Source: an uncultured Nitrospirota bacterium (GTDB lineage Bacteria; CG2-30-53-67). From it: a stretch of DNA of 64,000 nucleotides. This document shows positions 47,874 through 58,150 of this stretch, piece by piece. The notes below the pieces were generated by a model, which had not been told where the DNA came from, made no database searches, and saw only the letters and a program-made list of their open reading frames with translations. The stretch is taken from NCBI GenBank assembly GCA_964483105.1, contig CAYZZU010000013.1, forward strand, positions 3,552 to 67,551, written 5' to 3'. The position numbers were made by a program, and so were the translations under genes. Numbering within the stretch: position 1 is the stretch's first letter; the number at the start of each line of letters is the position of its first letter.

Positions 47874-48224
47874 ATGGATTCCGAGAAAAGAAAATATCTG
47901 AGGGTTCCGCTTTCGGTCAGTGTCTCCTACCGGGTCAATCATCAGACCCGGGAAGAGGCCTATCATGTGGAATCGGTCAATATCGGAGAAGGAGGAATCT
48001 TTGTAAAAACCGATCTTCCTCTGGGAATCGGAACCGACGTGGAACTGGAGTTCTCCCTTCCGAACGCCCCGGAACCGATCCGTGTTTGCGGAAAGGTTGT
48101 CTGGTCCGGCGGTCTGGAAACTCCCGGAAAAGGAGAGGTCTCGGGAAAGGGCATCCGGTTCACGGAGTGCAAGGAGCATTTTCGAAAACTTCTCACAGAG
48201 TATGTTCAGCAGGCATCGAAATAA
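47874..48224 (+). CDS. Single-domain PilZ protein
   Basis: RKYLR (RxxxR) and NIGEGG motifs. Confidence 0.85.
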   Translation: MDSEKRKYLRVPLSVSVSYRVNHQTREEAYHVESVNIGEGGIFVKTDLPLGIGTDVELEFSLPNAPEPIRVCGKVVWSGGLETPGKGEVSGKGIRFTECKEHFRKLLTEYVQQASK

Positions 48225-48238
48225 GGAGTGTTTTTCAC

Positions 48239-49618
48239 ATGTCAAACGCCACCATCCTGGTCGTGGATGATGAAAAATTGATTCGTTGGTCTCTGAAGGA
48301 AACCCTGGAAAAAGAGGACTACGAGGTCCTCACCGCGGAAACCGGAGAGGAGGCCCTGGAGATCATCAAACGGGACCTGCCCGATCTGATCCTCCAGGAC
48401 ATCAACCTCCCGGGAATCAACGGCATGGAAATCCTGGAACAGGTCAAGAAACTTCGCTCCGATGCCCTTATGATCATGATGACCGCCTACGGGGATATTC
48501 ATACCACGGTTCATGCCATGAAGCTGGGGGCCTACGACTTTGTCGAAAAACCCTTTGACGCGGACAAACTGAAGATCAAGATCTCTAAGGCGCTGGAAAC
48601 CGTCAACCTGAAAAAGGAGGTCCACGTCTTCAAGGACCGGCAGAAGGCCCTCTACGGAATGGAAAATATCGTGGGCCAGGCGGATGCCATGAAGCGGGTC
48701 TTCGAGATGGTAAAAAAACTCTCGCAAAGCGACGCAACCACCGTTCTGCTTCAGGGCGAAAGCGGAACCGGAAAGGATGTCATCGCGCGGGCCATCCACT
48801 ATCAGAGCCGCCGGGCCGAGAACCCCTATATGGACATCAACTGCACCTCCCTTCCTGAAACCCTGATTGAGAGCGAGCTCTTCGGTCATGAAAAGGGGGC
48901 CTTCACCGACGCCAAGGCCACCAAGAAGGGACTTTTTGAGCTGTCCGACGGAGGCACCATCTTTCTCGATGAAATCGGGGACATGCCTCTTTCCACGCAG
49001 GCCAAACTCCTGAAGGTGATCGAAAACAAATCGTTCAAGCGGGTGGGCGGTGTAAGAGATATCCTGGTGGACGTCCGGATCATCGCCGCCACCAACCGGG
49101 ACCTGAAGTCCTGGTCCAGGGAAAGAAAGTTTCGCGAAGACCTCTACTACCGCCTCAAGGTCTTCCCGATTTTGATCCCTCCACTGCGGGAACGCAAAGA
49201 AGATATCCCTCTCCTGATTCAGCATTTCATCAACCTGTTCAATCACGAATTCAAAAAGCGCGTACATGGCATTTCCCCCGAGGCGGAAAGAATGATGATC
49301 GATTATCACTGGCCCGGTAACGTCCGGGAGTTGAAAAATGTAATTGAGCGCGCCATTATTCTGGAAAGTGAAGAGATCATTCTTCCCGAACATCTTCCGA
49401 TCGAGATTCTCAAACCGGAGTTGGAAGACAAACCTTCCGGAGTGGCAGGATCCATTGTCAACTTTCCCGCCGAAGGGGTTTCCCTGGCTGAAGTTGAAAA
49501 AGAAATGATAGAACAGGCGCTCTCCGCGTCCGGCGGGAACCAGGTACATGCTGCCAGACTACTCAGAATGAGTCGGGATACCCTGCGGTACCGGATGAAA
49601 AAATACAACCTGTTGTGA
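48239..49618 (+). CDS. Sigma-54-dependent response regulator (NtrC/AtoC family)
   Basis: LVVDDE receiver, GESGTGKD, GAFTDA, Fis HTH; start at ATG 48239. Confidence 0.95.
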   Translation: MSNATILVVDDEKLIRWSLKETLEKEDYEVLTAETGEEALEIIKRDLPDLILQDINLPGINGMEILEQVKKLRSDALMIMMTAYGDIHTTVHAMKLGAYDFVEKPFDADKLKIKISKALETVNLKKEVHVFKDRQKALYGMENIVGQADAMKRVFEMVKKLSQSDATTVLLQGESGTGKDVIARAIHYQSRRAENPYMDINCTSLPETLIESELFGHEKGAFTDAKATKKGLFELSDGGTIFLDEIGDMPLSTQAKLLKVIENKSFKRVGGVRDILVDVRIIAATNRDLKSWSRERKFREDLYYRLKVFPILIPPLRERKEDIPLLIQHFINLFNHEFKKRVHGISPEAERMMIDYHWPGNVRELKNVIERAIILESEEIILPEHLPIEILKPELEDKPSGVAGSIVNFPAEGVSLAEVEKEMIEQALSASGGNQVHAARLLRMSRDTLRYRMKKYNLL

Positions 49619-49831
49619 AAATACGCAGAAGTGGGTCTTTTCACACTTGTTAAATTCAAGACTTTATCCCGTTTCGTGAATACAAATGACACAAAAGAGC
49701 CCGGAGTTGAAACAGATCCGCAAAAATTAAAAAAAAACTCTTTGAAAAACAATATGTTACGGATGGTTCCATCCGCCCGATGTCCATGGAACCTGAATGG
49801 CCCCGAAAATACCCTTTCTGTCGCGGAAACA

Positions 49832-49847
49832 TGGTATGAGAATTGCA
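49832..49847 (+). promoter_or_regulatory. Sigma-54 promoter
   Basis: TGGTAT-GAGAA-TTGCA, 70 bp upstream of the next ATG. Confidence 0.8.
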
Positions 49848-49917
49848 TAACCCTTCTTGATGATATCCGCAGACACCTTTGGAAACTCCATCTCAACAAT
49901 CGAAAGGGGCAAACGGG

Positions 49918-50289
49918 ATGAACAGGTGTATACTGATCGTGGATGATGAAAAACTTGTACGATGGTCGATCCAGCAATCCATGGACAAGGAAAACTGCAG
50001 GGTGGTCTCCGCTTCCGATGGAAGTGAAGCCATCGAGAAGATCAAGAAAGAGCGTTTTGATCTCATCATCACCGACCTGGTCATGCCCGGATTCAACGGA
50101 ATCGAAGTCGCCAAGAAGGCCCGGGAACTCCAGCCCGACACCAAGATTGTCATGATGACAGCCTACGGTTCCGTGCTGGACAGAGAAGAGGCGAAAAAGG
50201 CCGGTGTCTCCAGCTTTCTCAACAAACCCTTTATGATCAATGAGGTCAGGAGTGTCATCGCAAAACTATTGTCTGAACCGAAACATTAA
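49918..50289 (+). CDS. Single-domain response regulator (CheY-like)
   Basis: ILIVDDE, ITDLVMP, MTAY, KPF. Confidence 0.92.
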   Translation: MNRCILIVDDEKLVRWSIQQSMDKENCRVVSASDGSEAIEKIKKERFDLIITDLVMPGFNGIEVAKKARELQPDTKIVMMTAYGSVLDREEAKKAGVSSFLNKPFMINEVRSVIAKLLSEPKH

Positions 50290-51652
50290 AAAACACCTCC
50301 CGTTCCGCCCCCTGATCACGGTTCTTCTTCTCGGGACCTTTTTGGTCACCATGCCCCGGAAAGTCTTCGCCGTTCCGGGCCATGCGGGACTCGACCCATC
50401 CGACGGCAAGGTCTGTTTCAAATGCCACAAGGACCTTGCTGTTCCTCCCCCGGGAGGGCATGTCCATCCTCCTTTTGAAATGGGGGATTGTTCCACCTGC
50501 CACGAACTCGCCCCGGACAACACCTTCAAAATCGTCGATACCGGAGGGGAAGTCCTCTGTTACATGTGCCACGATCCCAAGAATACAAAGAAGGTCGTTC
50601 ACAGTCCGGTAGAATCCGGAGACTGCGTAATGTGCCACAGCCCCCATCAGTCTCCCTATGCTTATCAGCTCCTGGCGGATCCGGTCAGCAAGCTCTGTTT
50701 CAACTGTCACGAGGATGACAAAACAAACCACAAGTACGTTCACGTTCCCGTCAAGGAGGGAGAATGCACAGCCTGTCATGACCCTCACGAATCCCCCTAT
50801 GAAAACCGCCTGATCAAGGAAGGGAATGATCTTTGCTTCATGTGCCACGCCGATAAAGAAGAGGCGGTGAAGACCAAGAGCCACGTTCACGGCGCGATCG
50901 AACTGGTCGGATGTACGGGCTGCCACAGCCCTCACGGCACGGAGAACAAATACCAATTGCTCCAGCCGGTCCCCGATCTCTGTTTCCAATGTCATTCCGA
51001 CATGGAGGAACATATCCAGAACGCCAAGGTCAAGCACGGCGCCATCCGGCAGAAAAAGAGTTGCGTGAACTGCCATGATCCCCACGCCTCGGATTATGAC
51101 AAGCAGCTGAAGGGAGAAACCATGGACATCTGCCTCTCCTGTCACAAGAGGAAGATCAAGACACCCTCCGGCCGTTACATCCTCAATATGAAAAAATGGC
51201 TCCGGGAAAACCCGGAACTGCACGGCCCTATCCTTCTGGACGGAGACTGCGCGGCCTGTCACAACCCCCACGGCTCCAACAACTGGCGTATGCTCAGACA
51301 ACCCTTTCCGTCCACTTTTTACACCTCCTTTCGAAAGGAGAAGTATGCCCTCTGCTTCCAGTGCCATGACGAAGAACTGGTTCTGACAAAAACCACGGAC
51401 TCCGCCACGGGATTCCGAAACGGAACAAAAAACCTTCACTACGTTCACGTCAATCAGAAGAAGGGACGGCGTTGCGTCGTATGCCACGACGCGCACGGGA
51501 GCAAGGGCCCCAAACATATCCGGGAGACCACACGATTCGGAGAATGGGACCTTCCGATCAATTTCAAAATCAAAGAAAACGGCGGTCGTTGTGCGCCCGG
51601 ATGCCACTTCCCGAGGGAATACAACCGGGAAAAAGCCGTGAAGAACCGCTAA
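50240..51652 (+). CDS. Multiheme cytochrome c (14 CxxCH plus 1 CX3CH; paired-CXXCH/c3-type repeats)
   Basis: CFKCH, CSTCH, CYMCH, CVMCH, CFNCH, CTACH, CFMCH, CTGCH, CFQCH, CVNCH, CLSCH, CAACH, CFQCH, CVVCH, CAPGCH; start uncertain. Confidence 0.92.
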   Translation: MRSGVSSQNYCLNRNIKKHLPFRPLITVLLLGTFLVTMPRKVFAVPGHAGLDPSDGKVCFKCHKDLAVPPPGGHVHPPFEMGDCSTCHELAPDNTFKIVDTGGEVLCYMCHDPKNTKKVVHSPVESGDCVMCHSPHQSPYAYQLLADPVSKLCFNCHEDDKTNHKYVHVPVKEGECTACHDPHESPYENRLIKEGNDLCFMCHADKEEAVKTKSHVHGAIELVGCTGCHSPHGTENKYQLLQPVPDLCFQCHSDMEEHIQNAKVKHGAIRQKKSCVNCHDPHASDYDKQLKGETMDICLSCHKRKIKTPSGRYILNMKKWLRENPELHGPILLDGDCAACHNPHGSNNWRMLRQPFPSTFYTSFRKEKYALCFQCHDEELVLTKTTDSATGFRNGTKNLHYVHVNQKKGRRCVVCHDAHGSKGPKHIRETTRFGEWDLPINFKIKENGGRCAPGCHFPREYNREKAVKNR

Positions 51653-51728
51653 ACTCAACGCCGCTCATACGGATGAAAAAAGGCAAAACAGATCCGGCCG
51701 CTCCGCTTGACCCTGCCATGCAATCTTC

Positions 51729-51757
51729 TTGACAAGAAAAGCGTTTTTTAATAGATT
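51729..51757 (+). promoter_or_regulatory. Sigma-70 promoter for the gsp operon
   Basis: TTGACA-N17-TAGATT, 35 bp before gspC. Confidence 0.65.
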
Positions 51758-51792
51758 AAAAGAACTTACACGCATTCGCAAAGACGGTTTCG

Positions 51793-52617
51793 ATGAAATA
51801 CTTTCACTTGATCGTGGTTACCCTGGTGATTCTCTTCGCCGCGGACATCTCCATGAAAATTTTCAGGAGCCGTCTGAGTGTGGCGGTCCCTCACCGGTCC
51901 CCGGAAATACCCGCGCGTTCGGAAAACCGGGAGATGAAACCCTTCTCCGTCTATTCGAAGATCGCGGAACGCAATCTCTTTCAGAACTCCAGCGTTTCTC
52001 CGCAGGAGGAGAGTCACGAAGAGGAGTCCATGGAACACCCGGTAACCACCCTGAAACTGGCCCTGAAAGGAACGGTCGTGGGAAACCCCAGACGTTCTTT
52101 TGCCGTGATCGAAGATGAAAAGCTCCATTCTCAGAAACTCTATCATATTGATGATACCATCAGCAGCGGCGTCACCCTGAGCGCTATTTTCAATGACCGG
52201 GTCGTCATCAATCGGAACGGGCAAAAGGAGTTGCTCCTGATGTTTCAGGAAGATCAGGGTAAAAACAGAAAATCCTCCGGTCGTCCGGTTCCGGCGCGCA
52301 GAACAAGGACCATCCAGAGGCAGGAGATCCGGGCGGCCGTTTCTGATCTGAGAACATTGATGAGAGATGTCCGGATTATTCCTCACTTTACGGCCGGAAA
52401 GCGTGACGGATTCACTGTAACCTATGTACGACAGGGGAGCCGCCTGGAAGAGCTGGGATTACAGAAGAAGGATATCATCCGGGAGATCAACGGGGAACCG
52501 GCCGCGGAATTCAGGAACATTTTTGAAATTTTCAACAAATACGCCGATGCCGACAGCCTGGATCTGGGAGTGGATCGGGACAACCAGCGGATCACCATAA
52601 CCTATTCCATTGAATAA
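51793..52617 (+). CDS. gspC: T2SS protein C
   Basis: N-terminal TM, HR domain (LKGTVVG...AVIED...Y), C-terminal PDZ-like domain; first gene of the gsp operon. Confidence 0.85.
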   Translation: MKYFHLIVVTLVILFAADISMKIFRSRLSVAVPHRSPEIPARSENREMKPFSVYSKIAERNLFQNSSVSPQEESHEEESMEHPVTTLKLALKGTVVGNPRRSFAVIEDEKLHSQKLYHIDDTISSGVTLSAIFNDRVVINRNGQKELLLMFQEDQGKNRKSSGRPVPARRTRTIQRQEIRAAVSDLRTLMRDVRIIPHFTAGKRDGFTVTYVRQGSRLEELGLQKKDIIREINGEPAAEFRNIFEIFNKYADADSLDLGVDRDNQRITITYSIE

Positions 52618-52661
52618 CCGGAAAGACGGCTCGAGCGGCTCAAACCGGTAAGGAGCATCGA

Positions 52662-54809
52662 ATGAGACACGAGGGATTGATACGTCATCTTTTTGTGATC
52701 CTTTCCATAACAGTCCTTTCCATTCCGTTGATCCCGCTTCCTGCGCACCCGGCCGGGAACCCCTCCCATACGACCGATGAACGCATCACCATGAACTTCG
52801 AGGATACGAACATACGGATCGTTATCAAGTTCATCAGCGAGCTTGTGCACAAGAATTTCCTGATCGATGACAAGGTCAAGGGAAAGGTCACAATCATCTC
52901 TCCGGAAAAAATCACGATCCCCGAGGCGTATCACGTGTTCGAGTCGATTCTCGAGGTCAAGGGATTCACGCTGATCCCGGCCGGACAGGTGATCAAGATC
53001 GTTCCAAGCAACGAAGCCAAGCAGCGGGGAATCGAAACCTTCACCGGAGAAAAGTCCGACTTAGGTGAACGAAGAGACGAGTTCATCACACGGATCACGC
53101 GCCTCCGATATGTCAACGCCGATGAGGTGCTGACGCTGATCCGTCCCCTCTTTTCCAGAAACGGCCATCTCGTCGCCTACAAACCGACCAACACCCTGAT
53201 CATGACCGATCTGGAATCCAATCTCTACCGGATCATGAAGATCATCAACGCACTGGACGTCAAGGGATATCGGGCGCAGCTTTACGTGGTTCCCTTGAAC
53301 TACGCCTCGGTCCAGAACGTTTCCGAACAGTTGAACAAGATTCTGGAACAAACAAGCATCAAGACCGCGGTACGCCCCATCCGAAGGGGCCCCAGAACCC
53401 CCTCGCTGGCCCAATCCGGAGTCGCCGGTGTCTCTTCCTCGATCAAGATCATCCCCGACGAAAGGACAAACTCCCTGATCCTCCTGGCCACCCGGCACGA
53501 TTACGAAAATATCCTTAAACTGGTTCAAAAACTGGATGTCAAGGCCCCGGAAGGAAAAGGCCGGGTGAACATCTATTACCTGCAGAACGCCGTCGCCGAA
53601 GAGATCGTCTCCGTCCTCAACGAGTTTATCAGCGGCATCAAGACGGGCAAGAAGACCGCGAAGGGACAGGTCAGGCTCCCGACCGAAACGGAAATCAAGA
53701 TTGTAGCCGACAAGGCCACCAACTCCCTGATCATCAACGCGGACCCCCAGGATTATGAACAGATCAAATCGGTGATCCAGAAGCTCGACATCCCGAGGTC
53801 CCAGGTCTTGATCGAAGCCCTGATCATGGAAGTCCGGGGAAGCGACGCCGTTACGCTCGGCGTGGAATGGGAAACTTTCGGAGGAAAAATCGGAACCGAT
53901 AATTCCGTGGATCGTCTGGGTTTCGGGGGATCTCTTCCCCAGGGGACCCTTCTCCCGACGATCGGTTCCCTCAACCAGGGGACCATTCCCGCATCCACGA
54001 CCGGATTCAACCTCGGAGTCTTCGGTAACTTCATCGAGTTCAACGGACAGAAGTTCCCCTCCATCTCCGCTCTGATCACCGCCGTGGCAAGCCGTTCCGA
54101 TACGAACGTCATCGCCACACCTCAGATCCTGACCATGGACAACGAAGAGGCCCAGATCAAGGTGGGCGAGAACCGTCCGTTTCTGACACAAGCCCGCACG
54201 GGAGAACAGGGGGTGAACGACGTGTTCCAGTCCTTCGACTTCCGGGATGTGGGGGTCACGCTCAAGGTCACACCCCATATCAGCCAGAACCGTTTCGTCC
54301 GGCTGGAACTCTTTCAGGAAATCTCGAATGTCGATGCCCAGGCCACCAAAGGAACCGGGGCCACGGCACCCGTCACAACCAAACGTTCCGCTGAAACCAC
54401 GGTGGTGGTGAAAGACGCTCATACCATCGTCATCGGAGGCCTGATCCAGGACGATGTCACCGACACGACGAGCAAGGTCCCCTGTCTGGGGGATCTCCCG
54501 CTGATCAAGCATCTTTTCCGCTCCACCAGCAACTCCAACACGAAGACCAACCTGATGATCTTTCTGACCCCTCACATCATCACCAATCCCCTGGAGGCGG
54601 CGAACCTTTCGAACCGGAAACACAACGAATTCAAATCGTACAAGAAATACGAAAGCAAAAAGCCCGATTTGAGGTTCTACGGCCCAGCCCTACCGGCAAA
54701 ACCGGCGAAGTCGGAAGCACCGGGGAAGACTCCGGCGGCAAAGCCGGTACCCGGGGTATCCGGGAAGGAACCGGTGAAGACTCCGGAAAGGATGGAACCC
54801 AATCCATGA
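52662..54809 (+). CDS. gspD: T2SS secretin
   Basis: N0-N3 domains (ITMNFEDTNI, DERTNSLI, DKATNSLI), QVLIEALI, secretin core, KVPCLGDLP. Confidence 0.96.
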   Translation: MRHEGLIRHLFVILSITVLSIPLIPLPAHPAGNPSHTTDERITMNFEDTNIRIVIKFISELVHKNFLIDDKVKGKVTIISPEKITIPEAYHVFESILEVKGFTLIPAGQVIKIVPSNEAKQRGIETFTGEKSDLGERRDEFITRITRLRYVNADEVLTLIRPLFSRNGHLVAYKPTNTLIMTDLESNLYRIMKIINALDVKGYRAQLYVVPLNYASVQNVSEQLNKILEQTSIKTAVRPIRRGPRTPSLAQSGVAGVSSSIKIIPDERTNSLILLATRHDYENILKLVQKLDVKAPEGKGRVNIYYLQNAVAEEIVSVLNEFISGIKTGKKTAKGQVRLPTETEIKIVADKATNSLIINADPQDYEQIKSVIQKLDIPRSQVLIEALIMEVRGSDAVTLGVEWETFGGKIGTDNSVDRLGFGGSLPQGTLLPTIGSLNQGTIPASTTGFNLGVFGNFIEFNGQKFPSISALITAVASRSDTNVIATPQILTMDNEEAQIKVGENRPFLTQARTGEQGVNDVFQSFDFRDVGVTLKVTPHISQNRFVRLELFQEISNVDAQATKGTGATAPVTTKRSAETTVVVKDAHTIVIGGLIQDDVTDTTSKVPCLGDLPLIKHLFRSTSNSNTKTNLMIFLTPHIITNPLEAANLSNRKHNEFKSYKKYESKKPDLRFYGPALPAKPAKSEAPGKTPAAKPVPGVSGKEPVKTPERMEPNP

Positions 54810-56350
54810 AGACGGAATACCGGGATTTCGACCTCCCCTACCTGGAGGAAATCCCCAAACCACAACTGAGTGACGAGACCCTCGCGAAGATTCCGCGGAG
54901 TTACCTCAAACGTTTCATGCTGGTCCCCTTCGGGGAGGATGAAACAGGAATCCGCGTGGCCGTCTCGGATCCGGCCAACCTGATTCCCCTGGATGATCTG
55001 GGAAAACTCCTTCAGAAAAACGTGGAACCCTGCCTCGCACCCGAGGACCAGATCATCCGGAATATCAATCTTTTCTTTGGAGGCGCCACCGGCACGGCTG
55101 AAAGCGTTATCGATGATCTCTCCGGGCAGGAATATGAAAACATCGCGGAGGAATTGGACGAAGTTCAGGATCTGCTTGACGCGGAAACGGACGCGCCGAT
55201 CATCAAGTTGATCAATCTGATCCTGTTCCAGGCCGTGGAATCCCGCGCCAGCGACATCCACATCGAACCCTATGAGAAGGATATGCTGGTCCGCTTCCGG
55301 ATCGACGGGGTCCTCTACGAACGGCTTCAACCTCCCAAACGTTTCCAGTCGGCCCTGATCTCCCGGATCAAGATCATGGCCAATCTGAACATCGCGGAGA
55401 AGCGTCTTCCCCAGGACGGACGGATCAAGATCAAAATCTCCAACAAGGAGGTGGATATCCGGGTCTCCATCCTCCCCACGGCCTTTGGAGAACGGGTGGT
55501 GCTCCGTCTCCTGGACAAAAACGCCACCATCTTCGATCTGGAGGATATCGGTCTGTCGGAGTCCCATTACCAACAGATCTCCCGACTCATCCGGAAGAGT
55601 CACGGCATTCTCCTGGTCACGGGCCCCACGGGGAGCGGCAAGAGTACCACCCTGTACGCCGCCCTGAACAAGATCAACTCTCCGGACAAGAACATCCTGA
55701 CTACCGAAGATCCAATTGAATACCAGATTAAGGGGATCGGCCAGATCCAGGTCAACCCCAAGATCGATCTGACTTTCGCGCGAACCCTCAGATCCATTCT
55801 CCGTCAGGATCCGGACGTGATCATGATCGGAGAAATTCGGGATCTGGAAACAGCGGAGATCGCGATCCAGGCCTCTCTGACCGGCCACCTGGTCTTTTCC
55901 ACCCTGCATACCAACGACGCAGCCGGAGCCATGACGCGGCTCATCGATATGGGGATCGAACCCTTTCTGGTCTCCTCTTCACTGCTGGGGGTCCTGGCAC
56001 AACGACTGGTCAGAAAAATCTGTCCCGAATGCAGAGTATCCTATACACCGTCCGCGGCCGAGCTGGAGGAATTGGGACTGGAGCCTTCCACGATCCGGAC
56101 TCCCCGCTTTTATCACGGGAAGGGATGTGACCACTGTTATCAAACCGGTTACCACGGACGGACCGGGATCTACGAACTGCTCCTGACTTCGGACAGAATC
56201 ACCAAACTCATTCTCCAGAACTTTGATTCCAACCTGATCCGGGAGGAGGCCGTCAGGGAAGGAATGAAAACACTCCGACAGAACGGAGCCGTCAAGGTTC
56301 TTCAGGGAATCACAACGATCGAGGAAGTCCTCCGGGTCACGCAGGAGTAA
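54806..56350 (+). CDS. gspE: T2SS ATPase
   Basis: ASDIHIEP, GPTGSGKSTT, LRQDPD, TGHLVFSTLHTN, CPEC...CDHC. Confidence 0.96.
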   Translation: MKTEYRDFDLPYLEEIPKPQLSDETLAKIPRSYLKRFMLVPFGEDETGIRVAVSDPANLIPLDDLGKLLQKNVEPCLAPEDQIIRNINLFFGGATGTAESVIDDLSGQEYENIAEELDEVQDLLDAETDAPIIKLINLILFQAVESRASDIHIEPYEKDMLVRFRIDGVLYERLQPPKRFQSALISRIKIMANLNIAEKRLPQDGRIKIKISNKEVDIRVSILPTAFGERVVLRLLDKNATIFDLEDIGLSESHYQQISRLIRKSHGILLVTGPTGSGKSTTLYAALNKINSPDKNILTTEDPIEYQIKGIGQIQVNPKIDLTFARTLRSILRQDPDVIMIGEIRDLETAEIAIQASLTGHLVFSTLHTNDAAGAMTRLIDMGIEPFLVSSSLLGVLAQRLVRKICPECRVSYTPSAAELEELGLEPSTIRTPRFYHGKGCDHCYQTGYHGRTGIYELLLTSDRITKLILQNFDSNLIREEAVREGMKTLRQNGAVKVLQGITTIEEVLRVTQE

Positions 56351-56360
56351 CACCGTCATC

Positions 56361-56395
56361 TGGAAATTGAGAGTTGAGAACTAAATGCTGACAGT
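56361..56395. repeat. Degenerate heptamer repeat between gspE and gspF
   Basis: tggaaat tgagagt tgagaac taaatgc tgacagt. Confidence 0.55.
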
Positions 56396-56415
56396 GGAAT
56401 CGTAACCAAAACCCC

Positions 56416-57636
56416 ATGCCTGTTTACGAATACAAGGCCTTTAACAAAAAAGGGAAATCCGTCAGCGGCATCATCGATGCGGATTCCGGTCAGGAGGCGC
56501 GGTCCAAACTCCGGGAACAGGAGATCTTCATTACGGAGCTGGAAGAAACCGCGGCCGCCCAGGAGAAAAGACGAAGCAGCAGTACCATCCTCTTTCTCTC
56601 CCGGGTCCGTCCCCTGGAGATCTCCATCATGGTCCGGCAGCTTTCCACGCTTTTAAACGCCGGAATTCCACTGGTCGAGGCACTCTCCGCGGTCATTGAG
56701 CAGAGCGATAACCGCGCCCTCGAGAAGGTCCTCTCGCAAGTACGGGAATCGGTCCGGGAAGGAATGAGCTTCGCCGACTCCCTGTCCAGGCATCCACGAA
56801 CCTTCTCCAATCTGATGGTCAATATGATCCGCTCGGGAGAGGGAAGCGGATCCCTGGAGATCGTCCTGCTCCGTCTGGCGGATTTTCTGGAACAGCAGGT
56901 GGAGCTGAAGAGGAAGGTCCTCTCCGCATTGATCTACCCGAGCGTAACGATTTCCGTGGCCCTGATTGTGCTCCTGTTCCTGCTCACCTACGTGGTGCCA
57001 TCGGTCACGAAGATTTTTTCCGACATGCAGCAGTCCCTTCCCCTCCCCACGGCTCTTCTGATCCGGGTCAGCCGTTTCACCCAGTCCTACTGGTGGCTTT
57101 TTCTCCTCCTGGTCCTGGCCGGCGTCTCCGGGATCAAGGCCTACACAAAAACAGAGAGAGGACGGATCCGGTTCGACCGACTCAAGTTGAAGATGCCGCT
57201 TTTCGGATCCCTGATCCGGAAAATCGCCATCACCCGCTTCTCCAGAACACTCGGAACCCTGCTGAAAAACGGGGTTCCCCTCCTCCACGCCCTTGAGATC
57301 GTCAAGAACGTGGTAGGCAACAAGATCCTGGAGGCAACCATTGAGGATGCCCGCACCCATATCGGAGAAGGATCCTCCATTCATGAACCGCTGAAGCGAA
57401 GCGGGGTCTTCCCGCCCATTGTAATCCATATGATCTACGTCGGAGAAAAGAGCGGTACCCTGGAGGAGATGCTCAACAAGGTGGCGGATTCGGCCGACAA
57501 CGAGATCGACACGACCATCAACGCCCTGACATCGCTTTTGGAACCGATCATGATCGTGGGACTGGCAGTGGTGGTGGGATTCATTGTTATCTCCATCCTG
57601 CTCCCGATCTTTGAAATCAACCAACTCATTCACTGA
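56416..57636 (+). CDS. gspF: T2SS inner-membrane platform protein
   Basis: RQLSTLLNAGIPL, GEGSGSL, IYP, GEKSGTL, LEP. Confidence 0.96.
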   Translation: MPVYEYKAFNKKGKSVSGIIDADSGQEARSKLREQEIFITELEETAAAQEKRRSSSTILFLSRVRPLEISIMVRQLSTLLNAGIPLVEALSAVIEQSDNRALEKVLSQVRESVREGMSFADSLSRHPRTFSNLMVNMIRSGEGSGSLEIVLLRLADFLEQQVELKRKVLSALIYPSVTISVALIVLLFLLTYVVPSVTKIFSDMQQSLPLPTALLIRVSRFTQSYWWLFLLLVLAGVSGIKAYTKTERGRIRFDRLKLKMPLFGSLIRKIAITRFSRTLGTLLKNGVPLLHALEIVKNVVGNKILEATIEDARTHIGEGSSIHEPLKRSGVFPPIVIHMIYVGEKSGTLEEMLNKVADSADNEIDTTINALTSLLEPIMIVGLAVVVGFIVISILLPIFEINQLIH

Positions 57637-57658
57637 ACACGCAAAGGAGGTCTTTCCG

Positions 57659-58150
57659 ATGCCATGCCTGAATCATTCCCCAAGGAAGCAAAAAGAAAAA
57701 CGAATTCGACCGGACTGTGGCCGTGAAACAGGGTTTACTCTGATCGAACTGCTCGTCGTACTGGTCATCCTTTCCGTACTCGCCACGATCATCGGCCCCA
57801 AGCTCTTCGGACGGACCGAGGAGGCACGCCGCACCGCCGCCATCGCACAGATCCGAAACATTGAAAGCGCCCTGGCTCTCTACGAAAGGGATAACGGAAC
57901 CTTCCCGACCACGGAACAGGGACTCCAGGCGCTGGTTGAAAAACCAACCACCGAACCGATCCCCCAAAACTGGCATGAGGGGGGATACCTGGAGAAGGGG
58001 AAGGTCCCCCCGGATCCCTGGGGTAACCCCTATATCTATCTCTCTCCGGGAATACACAACAAGGAGTACGATCTGGAGTCCTACGGCGCCGACCGGGAAG
58101 ACGGCGGAGAAGGAAAATATGCGGATATTGAAAGCTGGAATCTTGAATGA
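57659..58150 (+). CDS. gspG: T2SS major pseudopilin
   Basis: G|FTLIELLVV; FPTTEQGLQAL; DPWGNPYIY; start at ATG 57659. Confidence 0.96.
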   Translation: MPCLNHSPRKQKEKRIRPDCGRETGFTLIELLVVLVILSVLATIIGPKLFGRTEEARRTAAIAQIRNIESALALYERDNGTFPTTEQGLQALVEKPTTEPIPQNWHEGGYLEKGKVPPDPWGNPYIYLSPGIHNKEYDLESYGADREDGGEGKYADIESWNLE

